From Mollicutes bacterium (GTDB taxonomy: Bacteria; Bacillota_I; Bacilli_A; RF39; UBA660), in the NCBI GenBank assembly GCA_012799635.1, contig JAAZKW010000034.1, positions 9,930 through 73,929 of the forward strand: 64,000 bases of DNA. Direction: 5' to 3'. Within the stretch, counting starts at the first letter, position 1, and each line of letters starts with the position of its first letter. Positions 1 through 10,199 of the stretch are shown here, piece by piece. The notes beneath the pieces were generated by a model, which was not told the DNA's origin, made no database searches, and saw only the letters and a program-made list of their open reading frames with translations. The translations under genes were made by a program, and so were the position numbers.

Positions 1-497
1 AATTCAACCTTTTTTTCTTTTTTAAGATCATCAATAATTTCTTCAAAAAATGATTTAGATACTTCCATAACTACATCGGAATACATTTGAATAAATCTAC
101 GATATGAATCATAAGCAAATCTAGGATTATTAGTCTTTTTTGCAAAACCTTCAACCGCTACATCATTTAAGCCTAAATTCAAAATAGTATCCATCATTCC
201 AGGCATTGATGCTCTTGCACCACTTCTAACTGAAAGTAACAGAGGATCTGATGTATCTCCAAATTTTTTACCTTGCAATTTTTCTAATTTTTTTAGATTA
301 TCAAAGATCTCTTTTTCTATTTTGTCAGAGATTTTTTCTCCATTATTATAGTAGTCTATACAAGCTTCAGTGGTAATTGTAAAACCTTGAGGTATAGGTA
401 ATCCTAAATTAGTCATTTCTGCTAAATTAGCCCCTTTTCCTCCTAATAAATTTTTTAATTCTTTGTTTCCTTCCGAAAACATATACACATACTTCAT
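1..497 (-). CDS. ppdK: Pyruvate, phosphate dikinase, 5' (N-terminal) fragment; the gene continues beyond the window start
   Basis: Minus-strand translation starts [50 protein letters not shown]...[26 protein letters not shown]. This is the classic PPDK N-terminus. A GGAG RBS precedes the ATG near 497. Confidence 0.8.
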   Translation of the reverse strand, partial: MKYVYMFSEGNKELKNLLGGKGANLAEMTNLGLPIPQGFTITTEACIDYYNNGEKISDKIEKEIFDNLKKLEKLQGKKFGDTSDPLLLSVRSGARASMPGMMDTILNLGLNDVAVEGFAKKTNNPRFAYDSYRRFIQMYSDVVMEVSKSFFEEIIDDLKKEKKVE

Positions 498-585
498 GTT
501 TGTTTTTCTCCTTCCTTGTATATTCTAACATATAAAAAATACTAAGTAAATTAATATATTTCATTTTACTTAGTATTTTTAAATT

Positions 586-1887
586 TTAGTCATTTTTATT
601 TTTAAACTGTAATATTATAGGAGTTCCTTCTAAATCAACAGCTTTTCTTATCTCGTTTTCTAAATATCTTTTATAAGAAAAATGAACTAATCTTTTATTA
701 TTAACTTCAAATGTAATCTTCGGAGGCCTATATCCGGTTTGATGTACAAAATATATTTTTAATCTCTTACCTTTATATGATGGTGGATTATGCATTACTA
801 CAGCCTGGGTAATAATATCATTTAAAACAGATGTAGCTATTTGTTTACGATGATTTGTTACTGCTTTAATAATATTTGGCATTAATTCACCAATTCTCTT
901 TCTATTTTTTGCCGATACATAAACAGTATTTACATAAGATATAAATTTAAACTCTTCTTTAATAAGAAGATTCCATTCTTTTATCATTTCATTGGGTTTT
1001 TTTACTGTATCCCATTTATTCACTGCAATAACTAAAGCTTTTCCTGCTTCTAAAGCAAAAGAAGCAATATGTTTATCATGTTCTATTATTCCTTCTTCAG
1101 CATTAATAACAAGTACCACTACATCACTTCGATCAATTGCTTTTAGACTTCTAAGCAAACTATATTTTTCAATATTTTCATATATTTTACCTTTTTTACG
1201 AATACCCGCAGTATCAATAACAACATATTCCTCATTATTATATTTAAACTTAGTATCAACAGCATCTCTTGTTGTTCCCGCTTTATCTGATACAATTAAT
1301 CTATTGTCATTAATTAAAGTATTAATTAAACTACTTTTTCCTACATTCGGTCTACCAACAACACAAAACTTAATAATGGGATCCTCGATCACTGGAGTTT
1401 CCCTCATATCTTTTATGATTTCATTTAATAATTTATCAAAACCAATATTATGTTCCGCTGAAACTCCAATTACATTTTCAAACCCTAATTCATAATAATT
1501 ATATATGTTATTTGCTCTTTCTTTATTATCAAGTTTATTTACAACTACAATAACTTTTTTATTTGCTTTATGAAGCATTTCTCTAACATTTTTATCTTCA
1601 ATATCTATCTCAGCAGTTCCATCGACTACAAAAAGAATAATATCGGCCTCATCTATGGCAATATTAGCTTGAATTAAAACTTCATTATCAAACTCATTGT
1701 TATCGCTTGTTATACCTCCGGTGTCAATTAGATGAAAACTAATATCATTATATGTAACAATTCCATATATCCGATCTCTTGTTACTCCAGGAGTATCTAA
1801 TATTATTGCTTTTCTTTCTTTAATAAGACGATTAAAAATAGTACTCTTACCTACATTAGGTTTTCCTATTAAACAAACCGTTTTCAT
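586..1887 (-). CDS. der: Ribosome-biogenesis GTPase Der (EngA): two tandem G domains plus a KH-like C-terminus
   Basis: Two P-loops are present, GKPNVGKSTIFNRL and GRPNVGKSSLINTL. Domain order and size (433 aa) are typical of Der. Confidence 0.9.
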   Translation of the reverse strand: MKTVCLIGKPNVGKSTIFNRLIKERKAIILDTPGVTRDRIYGIVTYNDISFHLIDTGGITSDNNEFDNEVLIQANIAIDEADIILFVVDGTAEIDIEDKNVREMLHKANKKVIVVVNKLDNKERANNIYNYYELGFENVIGVSAEHNIGFDKLLNEIIKDMRETPVIEDPIIKFCVVGRPNVGKSSLINTLINDNRLIVSDKAGTTRDAVDTKFKYNNEEYVVIDTAGIRKKGKIYENIEKYSLLRSLKAIDRSDVVVLVINAEEGIIEHDKHIASFALEAGKALVIAVNKWDTVKKPNEMIKEWNLLIKEEFKFISYVNTVYVSAKNRKRIGELMPNIIKAVTNHRKQIATSVLNDIITQAVVMHNPPSYKGKRLKIYFVHQTGYRPPKITFEVNNKRLVHFSYKRYLENEIRKAVDLEGTPIILQFKNKND

Positions 1888-1953
1888 AATATTATCTCCT
1901 TTCTTTTATGAGCAAACCTCCTTATTTGCTTTAAGTATTACAATACTAAAATA

Positions 1954-2388
1954 TTATATTAGAAATTGAGGACAGATCGACTCATTTGCTCTAAGCACTT
2001 TTATAACTTCTTCTCCCAATAAAGAATTATCCTCGTAAACGCAAGTATAAACTCTTCGATTCACAAAATATAATGCGACTTCTAAATCTCGTAAACTATT
2101 ACCATTTACTTCATTATAAATTTCACCATCTGCTAAATCCGTTTCAATATAACCTTCATCAATAAGTTCTCCAATAGTTTTAATTGTCAGGCCACTTTTT
2201 ACTATTTCCATATTATCTTGTCCCCACTTGGAAACACCACCTAAAGCAAGACTTACTTTATCTGCAGTTGCTTTTACGTCAATATTTCTTTTAACAGCAG
2301 TTATTCCTACACCTCCTATTGTTGCCACAACACCTAGTATTACAATAACTGCTAGTAATTCTACTAACGTTAATCCTTTATTATTCAT
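1954..2388 (-). CDS. Type IV pilin / ComGC-like prepilin (N-terminal cleavage/methylation motif)
   Basis: N-terminus MNNKG|LTLVELLAVIVILGVVATIG shows the class III signal motif G|(F/L)TLxELL followed by a hydrophobic helix. The protein is 144 aa. Confidence 0.7.
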   Translation of the reverse strand: MNNKGLTLVELLAVIVILGVVATIGGVGITAVKRNIDVKATADKVSLALGGVSKWGQDNMEIVKSGLTIKTIGELIDEGYIETDLADGEIYNEVNGNSLRDLEVALYFVNRRVYTCVYEDNSLLGEEVIKVLRANESICPQFLI

Positions 2389-2396
2389 ACTTCCTC

Positions 2397-2978
2397 CTAT
2401 AAATATTTTGATATTATTTCAAGCACTTCTTCTCGACCTTTTTTAGTCATACTAGAAAAAGGAATAAATTTATGATCATCATTTAATTTAAAAGTCTCAT
2501 TAAAATATTTATCTTGCTTTACTCTACCATTTTTAGTTATCTTATCATATTTAGTAGCAATAATATCAACATTTAAATTATAATATTTTAAATAATTATA
2601 CATTAATAAATCATCTTCTGAAGGTTTATGTCTATAATCTACAAGTAAAAAAACATGTTTTAAATTTTCTCTTGATTTAATATAATCTTCAATCATCATT
2701 CCAAATTTTCTTTGAGTATCCTTATTAACTGCAGCATATCCATAACCGGGAACATCAACTAAATAAAAAGCATTATTAATAAGATAAAAATTAAGCGTTT
2801 GAGTTCTGCCTGGTTTTGATGAAATACGAGCAAAGTTTTTCCTTTCAATAAGAGTATTAATAAAACTACTTTTACCAACATTACTTTTACCGACCAAAAG
2901 AAATTCTGCTTTGTCACCAGACGGATATTGACTAACTCTAACGGCAATTTTCGGTTCTTCTACTGAAGTAATTTTCAT
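2397..2978 (-). CDS. engB: Ribosome biogenesis GTP-binding protein EngB/YsxC
   Basis: GKSNVGKSSFINTL P-loop, ~190 aa, YsxC-like throughout. Confidence 0.88.
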   Translation of the reverse strand: MKITSVEEPKIAVRVSQYPSGDKAEFLLVGKSNVGKSSFINTLIERKNFARISSKPGRTQTLNFYLINNAFYLVDVPGYGYAAVNKDTQRKFGMMIEDYIKSRENLKHVFLLVDYRHKPSEDDLLMYNYLKYYNLNVDIIATKYDKITKNGRVKQDKYFNETFKLNDDHKFIPFSSMTKKGREEVLEIISKYL

Positions 2979-3036
2979 AACATATCACCTAATCAATATT
3001 ATATATTAAAAAACTTGCATTTTCAATTCTTTAAAA

Positions 3037-3996
3037 TTAAGCTAAATCTTCATTATTATCTAAATTAATTTTTTTATAATCTTTACCATCTAACTTAATA
3101 TCTAAAATATTATCTTGTAAAGTATATTCTAAGATTCCACCAGCTTCATCATAAAATGTTTTAATAACGCTTTTTAATTCTTGATTATATATATTTATTG
3201 TTTGATTTGAAAGAACAATTACATAATTTTTATATATATTACAATTATCAATAATATCTTCTGGGAACAGATCTTCTTTATTAAAATTAAATATTTTATA
3301 TTCCCCAACAGTAGATTTAGTAATAATCACTTTTGAATTATATTCATATATTGGTTCATTAAAGATTTGAGTTTGCTTGTTATTTAAAGTATCAATTAAA
3401 TAATAACCTGTTTCATCTTTAACAAGTACATATTCAGCTTCATTATCTAAATAACCAATATAATTATATCTAGTACTAATAGAAAAAAGATAAGTTTCTG
3501 TATTAAAAAGTCCAAAATAACCTTCTTTATTTTCAACAATTAAATATTTCTTATTTAATTTTCCACCATAATTAACAATACTTTTTACTTGTGAAATCAA
3601 TATATTATTCTTAATATTTTGAAAATAAATGTCTTCACCATCCTGAATAAAAGCATATGTATCATAGATATAAGTTTCATAATTATCTCCCACACTTATA
3701 TTCAAAGGTTCCTCTTCGATTAAAGAAGTTTTAGCTAAATGACAAGGATCATTTTTACAATCATATGTTCCTTGCAAATTCTTTCCATCATAAAAATATA
3801 ATTTATTTCCTATTCGAGGTAATCTTTTAGGATTTTCTCCTAAAAAGATTTTTTTATTGGCATTAAAAAAACCATAACCAGCAAGAGGAACAATTAGGAT
3901 AATTAGGATAAGCAAAAAAGGTAAAAATAGTCGATTATTTTTTATTTTATTCACCTGCTCCTCCATCTTCTTTCTTAATAATAATTGAATTAGCAT
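3037..3996 (-). CDS. Single-pass membrane protein with a repeated Cys-pair extracellular module (paralogous to the next gene)
   Basis: N-terminal TM helix LFLPFLLILIILIVPLAGYGFF. Module KLYFYDGKNLQGTYDCKNDPCHLAK...YAFIQDGEDIYF parallels modules in the 708-aa neighbour. Confidence 0.5.
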   Translation of the reverse strand: MLIQLLLRKKMEEQVNKIKNNRLFLPFLLILIILIVPLAGYGFFNANKKIFLGENPKRLPRIGNKLYFYDGKNLQGTYDCKNDPCHLAKTSLIEEEPLNISVGDNYETYIYDTYAFIQDGEDIYFQNIKNNILISQVKSIVNYGGKLNKKYLIVENKEGYFGLFNTETYLFSISTRYNYIGYLDNEAEYVLVKDETGYYLIDTLNNKQTQIFNEPIYEYNSKVIITKSTVGEYKIFNFNKEDLFPEDIIDNCNIYKNYVIVLSNQTINIYNQELKSVIKTFYDEAGGILEYTLQDNILDIKLDGKDYKKINLDNNEDLA

Positions 3997-6073
3997 CTAT
4001 TATATATGTATAAATAGTCTCTTGACCACCAACATCTATTATTGTAATTTTTTTATTTTCGACATCTACTTTATATTCTTTATAATTTAAAGGTAAATCA
4101 ATACCTAAAGAAGGATAAGCAGTAGTATTGTTGTATTTATACAAGTATAATTTATTATTTTCTATTCCTAAATAAAAATCATTATATAATTTTAGAGAAC
4201 TAAATTTCTTATTAGGATCTGATGTAATTTTACCTTTATCAATATCATATAATAAATATTCTTTGTTTTTTGCATCATAAACTATTAAATATTTTCCATT
4301 CTTACTTATAATATCAAACTGACTTTGTACTACTTCAATTCCTTCCAAAGTATACAAATAATTATAAGTAGTTCTTTTAACAAGATAATAATCATTATCA
4401 AATCTACTTATTGATTTGGTACCATCTAATTTATTATTAATAGTTTCACCAAAATTAATTATTTTCTTAGGGCCATTTTCTTTTATTGTAATCATGCCAT
4501 AATTATTACTCATATTTTGGGCTGTAATATTCTTATCTGTGTTTTGAATATGAGTTATATTAGAACTTCCATAACCTGTATCAACGGCTTGATATTTAAT
4601 TAACACTTCTGTTTTTACAAAATCATACAGACTAATATTTATCAAACTACTTCCTGTCTGACAATCATATATTAAGGCATATCTATTAGAAATAATTGGA
4701 GCATAACCACTGTTGTTTTGATTTAATATACTTGATTCTTTAGCAATAAAACAATTAGTATATTCACTATTTGCATCAAAGATTTTATTTTTATTAGTAC
4801 AAGTATATTTCCCAAGTAGTTCAGTTTTTTCTAAGTCTTTATAAAAATATAAAATACCATCTGAATAATTAACATAATTATATTTTTTATTAACTAATGC
4901 TTCATAAACATTTATTTCTTTTGTATTTTTATCAGATAACTTAACTTTAAGAACCCCGTTTTCAAAGGAAAATTCATATGCCTTTAAAGTTTCAACAACC
5001 TCCCCTTTTTCATTAATTCTATTTAAAGGATTATAATACATACTATTTAATAAAATCCCTCTTTCATTAAGCTTAACTAAATTATTATCATATACTGTTA
5101 GTTTTCCTTCAGTAATAGTTATAACAAAATCGGTATAAAAATCAATATAATCAAAGGTAAGCTTTAACATATCATTTCCAGAGTAATCGTATAAATTATA
5201 TTTATTGTTGTATAATGAAATATACTTATCAGTAAATTTTCTTATTTCACCATCGGTTTTAGAACTTAATTCAACCCCTTCCTGATTAACTAAAAAGGAT
5301 GTCTCCCCTTCTTTTACAACAAAAACTTCATCATTATCAGAAATGCCTAAATAAGAATAATTAAATGGTAAAACAATTTTCATAGTTGATGTAGATATAT
5401 CTATTATTCCATATTTATCTTCAATATCTTTGGCAATTACATATTTTAAAGGATTTTTACTTAATTTAATAAGATTATATTTACCTAGAATTTTATTACT
5501 TTTTAAATCATATAAATTAATTACGTCACCATCTTGAATAAATACAAACATATTATTATAAATTTCAGAACTTAATTCTATTTCTTTATTATCTAAATCA
5601 ACTACCTTTGGAGCATCAAAAGTATCCTCGCTAGTAAATTTAGCAAGATAACATTTTTTTGCTTTTTTTACATTACATTCATATCTACCTATTTCATTAT
5701 TAGGGCCATCATAAAATATTAGTTTACCATTAACATATGAATAATTACTTGTTTTAACTATTACATCAAGTTTTTTAATTTTATTTTTTCTAATTACAAA
5801 GAAATATAATAATAGTCCTATTATAATTAAAGTTATTAAAGAAATACTAATCCAAAAAATAATTTTTCCTTTTTTAGAAAGTTTTTTATAAAAACAATCT
5901 TTTTTTACTTTCTCTTTATTTTTCTTATTTTTCTTTCCTTTTTTATTTGTATCATTACCAATAACAAGTTCATTTGTACTTTCTTTAATTTTTGCTATAT
6001 CTTCATCAAATAAAGTGTCTTCAATATCATTATTTAATTCTACAATAACGTTCTTATCTTCTTCATTATCCAT
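3947..6073 (-). CDS. Large single-pass membrane protein (708 aa) with a Lys-rich cytoplasmic N-terminus and an internally repeated extracellular module
   Basis: TM helix IIFWISISLITLIIIGLLLYFFVI. It carries repeated units: GKLIFYDGPNNEIGRYECNVKKAKKCYLAK...FVFIQDGDVINLY, and again ILYFYKDLEKTELLGKYTCTNKNK...NCFIAK...ALIYDCQTG. Confidence 0.5.
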   Translation of the reverse strand: MDNEEDKNVIVELNNDIEDTLFDEDIAKIKESTNELVIGNDTNKKGKKNKKNKEKVKKDCFYKKLSKKGKIIFWISISLITLIIIGLLLYFFVIRKNKIKKLDVIVKTSNYSYVNGKLIFYDGPNNEIGRYECNVKKAKKCYLAKFTSEDTFDAPKVVDLDNKEIELSSEIYNNMFVFIQDGDVINLYDLKSNKILGKYNLIKLSKNPLKYVIAKDIEDKYGIIDISTSTMKIVLPFNYSYLGISDNDEVFVVKEGETSFLVNQEGVELSSKTDGEIRKFTDKYISLYNNKYNLYDYSGNDMLKLTFDYIDFYTDFVITITEGKLTVYDNNLVKLNERGILLNSMYYNPLNRINEKGEVVETLKAYEFSFENGVLKVKLSDKNTKEINVYEALVNKKYNYVNYSDGILYFYKDLEKTELLGKYTCTNKNKIFDANSEYTNCFIAKESSILNQNNSGYAPIISNRYALIYDCQTGSSLINISLYDFVKTEVLIKYQAVDTGYGSSNITHIQNTDKNITAQNMSNNYGMITIKENGPKKIINFGETINNKLDGTKSISRFDNDYYLVKRTTYNYLYTLEGIEVVQSQFDIISKNGKYLIVYDAKNKEYLLYDIDKGKITSDPNKKFSSLKLYNDFYLGIENNKLYLYKYNNTTAYPSLGIDLPLNYKEYKVDVENKKITIIDVGGQETIYTYIIDANSIIIKKEDGGAGE

Positions 6074-6150
6074 AAGCTCACATCCCTATTTTTCTATTTA
6101 CAATTATAACACATAACATATTAAAATAAAACATATCTTAATACTTGATG

Positions 6151-7155
6151 TTACTTCTTAAAAACCTTATTTTTACAAGTTTCTTCTTTAATTAAAAGAT
6201 AGTTTTCATTTAATTCATTCATTATCTTATTAATATTCTTAAATACCGTTTCATTTTTCCCTTCAGTAGTTAAAATGCTTATATAATAAGGGTTTTTTGT
6301 ATATACAATGCCATTAAGATGAAAATAACTATCTGCATAACCATACTTAGATGCTGCTTTAATATCATCATATGCAAGGTAATTAAGGATGCTATTTATA
6401 AAATGTTCTTGCAACTCCATAGCATTATGAGTATTTGTTTGAAAATATTCATCTAAACTTTTGATATATATCATTGAATCATTAACATTAGTTGAACCAA
6501 AAAAATCATTATTACTAATATTTAAATACTTAACGCCAAGAGAATTTAAATATGAAATAAAATTGTTTATCCCTATATGATTTAAAAGCATTATATAAGC
6601 AGAATTATCGCTATATCTAATAGAATATTTAAGCAAAGATCTTATTGGTATATAACTATTAAGTTGGTGCTTTTTTGTTCCTTTTGAATTCTCATATAGA
6701 TAATCACTTGTATATTTAATTCCTTCATCTAAATTAATTATTCCTTCATCTGCTTTTAAATAATAGTATAAAGCAAGTGGCATCTTTCTAAGACTAGCAG
6801 CATAATATATTTTATCCTCATTATATTTAAATGAATAATTATTTTGAGGATTAAATAAATAAATGCTTGTTTTATATTTATTTAGATAATTTTTAATTTC
6901 TGCTTCTTTATTTAAAAGTTCTTCAGGTTTTTCTTCATCATTAAAAGGAAGATTAAGACATTCATTATACTGCTGCTCTTTAAGTTTTAATTTTTTCAAT
7001 AATTCATTTGCCACTTTATTTTCTTTAATTAATCGATTTGCGTTAATATTAATCTTAATATCATTAATAAATAAAAATAAGAATGTAAAAAAAACAATAC
7101 CAAGTATTATATATATATGTTTTCTAGTAAATGGTTTTAATTTAAACTTAATCAT
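6151..7155 (-). CDS. Membrane-anchored serine hydrolase of the beta-lactamase (class A-like) / penicillin-binding fold
   Basis: N-terminal TM anchor. SxxK motif in YYAASLRKMPLA and SDN motif in RYSDNSAYIMLL. No clear KTG box was found. Confidence 0.4.
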   Translation of the reverse strand: MIKFKLKPFTRKHIYIILGIVFFTFLFLFINDIKININANRLIKENKVANELLKKLKLKEQQYNECLNLPFNDEEKPEELLNKEAEIKNYLNKYKTSIYLFNPQNNYSFKYNEDKIYYAASLRKMPLALYYYLKADEGIINLDEGIKYTSDYLYENSKGTKKHQLNSYIPIRSLLKYSIRYSDNSAYIMLLNHIGINNFISYLNSLGVKYLNISNNDFFGSTNVNDSMIYIKSLDEYFQTNTHNAMELQEHFINSILNYLAYDDIKAASKYGYADSYFHLNGIVYTKNPYYISILTTEGKNETVFKNINKIMNELNENYLLIKEETCKNKVFKK

Positions 7156-7156
7156 T

Positions 7157-7861
7157 TTAAAAATTAATAAAATACCTAATTAATACTGGACCTAATATTA
7201 ATAATAAAATAAGGGGTATAAAAAAGATTACAGATATTATTGATATTTTAGTTGGAAGTCTATTTATTTGGGCTTTAATAGAAAGAATTCTTTTATCAGT
7301 AAGATATTCTATTTGATTATTTAATAAATCTACAATACTATTCCCATATTTATTTGACTCTATTATATTAAATAAAACATTATTAACTTCTTTTGATGGA
7401 ATTCTTTTTTTAGTATCATTTAATGCTTCAATTAAGCTTTTACCGTATTTCAATTCCTCTAAAGATATTTGTATTTCTCTAGAAATATTACTATCAATCG
7501 CTTTAGAAGTAATCTCAAAACATGTTTTTAAATTTTTTTCATGTTCAATTGTTAAAGCTAATACTTTAAAATAAAATACAGCTTCTTTCTCAAGCAATTT
7601 GCTTCGTTTTTTAATTTTTAAATCTAAAATTATATAATCGTATAAATAATAAACAATAAAACTAAATACCGGAGCCATTAGATATCCTTGGTGAGAAAAT
7701 AATAGTAATGTAAAAAAGGTTAACACTAAAAGAACTGTTTTTACATTTAAAAAAGTATTAATATTTATTTTATTATCTGATCCTAAAGCAATAATTTTTC
7801 TCTTAGTATTTTCTATTGTTGATTTGCGATAAACTTTATTTATTAAGATGCTTTTTTTCAT
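7157..7861 (-). CDS. tadC: Tad/type II secretion system F-family inner-membrane protein (TadC-like)
   Basis: Polytopic membrane protein immediately downstream of the TadB-like and CpaF genes; start overlaps the previous gene (ATGA). Confidence 0.55.
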   Translation of the reverse strand: MKKSILINKVYRKSTIENTKRKIIALGSDNKININTFLNVKTVLLVLTFFTLLLFSHQGYLMAPVFSFIVYYLYDYIILDLKIKKRSKLLEKEAVFYFKVLALTIEHEKNLKTCFEITSKAIDSNISREIQISLEELKYGKSLIEALNDTKKRIPSKEVNNVLFNIIESNKYGNSIVDLLNNQIEYLTDKRILSIKAQINRLPTKISIISVIFFIPLILLLILGPVLIRYFINF

Positions 7862-8868
7862 ACTTCATCCACCTTCATAACTCTTTTGATAATAAATATG
7901 TATAAGAAGTACTGAACTACTAGTATTGCATCTATTACATAACCTGCTTTAGTATATATAAGAGGTTTAAAAAATTCTGGATTTAACATAACAATTAGAA
8001 AAACTAATACAAAAGGAACAATTAATAAAACATAATATAAAAGTTTGCTTGTTGCCAAAAGAGCATTAAGTTCGTTTTTAATTTTTAAGCGGTCATAAAA
8101 ATTGTTTTCTATCATATTAAATACCGATACTATATTACCTCCGGTTTTATTTAGTAATGCTAAAGATGAGGTAATCAGTTTTGCTTCTTCCAGATTAATT
8201 CTTTTATAAAATCTTTCAAACGCTGCTTCTACAGAAATACCATATTTTAAATCTTGATAAATAATATTAAACTCTGATTTAATGGGATTTGGTAATTCAG
8301 TTTTAACTATTTCAATAGCACCTAAAATATTTTTACCACTTTTAAAAGCACTATTCATAATTACTACGGCTTCAAGTAATTGTTCCGAAGTTAAATTTTG
8401 TCTTCTGGTATAAATGAAAAGAACAAAAAAGTCTATTAAAAAGAATCCAACAATTGAAATAATTATAAAATTATAAAAGTTAAAACTAATAATACGAAAT
8501 ATAATTGAAATAAAATATAAAAAGTCAATAAATAACATAACAATAAATTTTAAAGATATATAATCCATAGGTTCTATTGTATGTGATTCATCAAAAGCTA
8601 AATATTTAATAAAATGATTAGCATATTTAGTAAGGAATCGTGATTTACCTAAAAATGACGATATTTTTTTAATAATTTTATTTATATTACTAATAAATAC
8701 ATCGGTATATGAAAGGCCCACAATTTCATCACCATCAATTAAAAATGGCCTAAATCTTTTTTCGATTGATACACTTAAATAAAAGCGATAAATTATAAAA
8801 ACTAGTATTACCACTATAACACCTAACATTAAAGCAAATAATAATTGATTATTAATAGAACTAGTCAT
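7858..8868 (-). CDS. tadB: Tad/type II secretion system F-family inner-membrane protein (TadB-like)
   Basis: 336-aa polytopic membrane protein in operon position directly after the CpaF ATPase. Confidence 0.55.
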   Translation of the reverse strand: MTSSINNQLLFALMLGVIVVILVFIIYRFYLSVSIEKRFRPFLIDGDEIVGLSYTDVFISNINKIIKKISSFLGKSRFLTKYANHFIKYLAFDESHTIEPMDYISLKFIVMLFIDFLYFISIIFRIISFNFYNFIIISIVGFFLIDFFVLFIYTRRQNLTSEQLLEAVVIMNSAFKSGKNILGAIEIVKTELPNPIKSEFNIIYQDLKYGISVEAAFERFYKRINLEEAKLITSSLALLNKTGGNIVSVFNMIENNFYDRLKIKNELNALLATSKLLYYVLLIVPFVLVFLIVMLNPEFFKPLIYTKAGYVIDAILVVQYFLYIFIIKRVMKVDEV

Positions 8869-8879
8869 TTTTATCCTTT

Positions 8880-10199
8880 CTATTTAAACATATTTTTTAT
8901 TTCATCATAACCATAGGAGCTCATTTTTTCTAAACATTTTGGCTTTATCTTGTGCTTTTTATATACCCCATCTATTTCTTTGCTTTTTGTAACACCTATT
9001 TGTTCAAAAGTAAAGATATCATTTAATCTTATTTCTTCATTTTCAAAACCATCAACTTCACAAATAGCACTTATCTTTCTTTTACCATCAGAATATCTAT
9101 TCATATTAATAACGATATTAATAGCACTATTAATATATTCTCTAATAGCTTTAACAGGAAGTTCCATTGCTCCCATTAAAACCATTGTTTCAAGTCTATG
9201 TAAGGCATCTTTACAACCATTAGCATGAAGAGTGGTAATACTTCCTTCATGCCCTGTATTCATCGCTTGAAGCATATCAAAAGCTTCTTTATTCCTAACT
9301 TCTCCTACTATTATACGATCAGGTCTCATACGAAGAGAGTTTCTTACTAAATCTCTAATTGTAATTTCACCACTTTTTTCATAATTAGTTGTCCTTGTTT
9401 CAAGACTTATTACATGAGGTTGCGTTAAACGAATTTCTGCAGCATCTTCAATAGTAATTATTCTTTCATCTTCATTTATAAAGGCACTTAAAACATTTAA
9501 TAATGTTGTTTTACCTGATCCTGTTCCACCACAAACAATTATATTTAATTTAGATTTAACTGCAGCTTCCAAAAATACTGCCATCTCTGTTGTTAAAGAA
9601 CCAACTCTTAATAATTCTTCAATATTATTCATTGATTTTTTAAATTTTCTTATTGTCATAACAGGACCTTTAGTAGATAACGGTGGAATTACGGCATTTA
9701 TTCTAGAACCATCTTTTAATCTTGAATCCACCATAGGACTTGAAGAATCAATTGTTCTTCCCATTGGCTCAACTAATCTTTGAATAGTTCTGATAATATG
9801 CTCATCATTAATAAATGATATACTATCATCTTTAATAAGATTTCCTTCAAGTTCTATGTATATTTCATGAGGTGAATTAACCATTATTTCTGTTATATTT
9901 TCGTCTTTTAAAAGTTCAGTTAAGGGACCATACCCTTTTATTTCATTATCAATCAAATTAAATAAATGATTTTTTTCAAGACTACTTAAATTATATTCAG
10001 CAATAGCTTTATCAATCTGAAAATTTATAAAATCTTCCACACTATCATCTGTAACATTATTATCAATAATATTTTCAACTATCTTCATTCGAAGACTATC
10101 AAGTAAATCTTTATCTTCAAAAACTTCATAATCATTTACTAAGCTAGTATTACTTTTTATTTGATCATATTTAAATGCTTCTCTTAAATTACTTTTCAT
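8880..10199 (-). CDS. cpaF: CpaF/TadA-type secretion ATPase (VirB11/PilT-like superfamily)
   Basis: Walker A CGGTGSGKTTLLN, Asp box IITIEDAAEI, RPDRIIVGEVR, and a His box. Size (439 aa) and N-terminal domain fit CpaF. Confidence 0.85.
   Translation of the reverse strand: MKSNLREAFKYDQIKSNTSLVNDYEVFEDKDLLDSLRMKIVENIIDNNVTDDSVEDFINFQIDKAIAEYNLSSLEKNHLFNLIDNEIKGYGPLTELLKDENITEIMVNSPHEIYIELEGNLIKDDSISFINDEHIIRTIQRLVEPMGRTIDSSSPMVDSRLKDGSRINAVIPPLSTKGPVMTIRKFKKSMNNIEELLRVGSLTTEMAVFLEAAVKSKLNIIVCGGTGSGKTTLLNVLSAFINEDERIITIEDAAEIRLTQPHVISLETRTTNYEKSGEITIRDLVRNSLRMRPDRIIVGEVRNKEAFDMLQAMNTGHEGSITTLHANGCKDALHRLETMVLMGAMELPVKAIREYINSAINIVINMNRYSDGKRKISAICEVDGFENEEIRLNDIFTFEQIGVTKSKEIDGVYKKHKIKPKCLEKMSSYGYDEIKNMFK

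Noticed and set aside
992-1495. 167-aa plus-strand ORF, and many similar 60-100-aa ORFs on the opposite strand of long genes (for example 2228-2446, 8950-9228, 14161-14745, 20933-21148, 23828-24109, 30241-30549, 45938-46155, 56863-57103, 57615-57878)
   Set aside because: They sit antisense inside well-supported genes (der, ileS, cpaF and others) and have low-complexity F/L/I/S-rich translations typical of AT-rich antisense frames. They have no RBS or promoter and overlap the real gene completely.
1888-1953. Hairpin AGCAAA-(8 nt)-TTTGCT between the pilin gene and der, considered as a terminator
   Set aside because: There is no U-run after the stem. The loop contains the der Shine-Dalgarno (AAGGAGG), so it more likely affects translation or is coincidental.
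6151-7155. Calling the hydrolase a bona fide beta-lactamase or resistance gene
   Set aside because: SxxK and SDN are present, but no KTG box or omega-loop features were seen. Membrane anchoring and operon context suggest a PBP-like or pilus-associated hydrolase instead.
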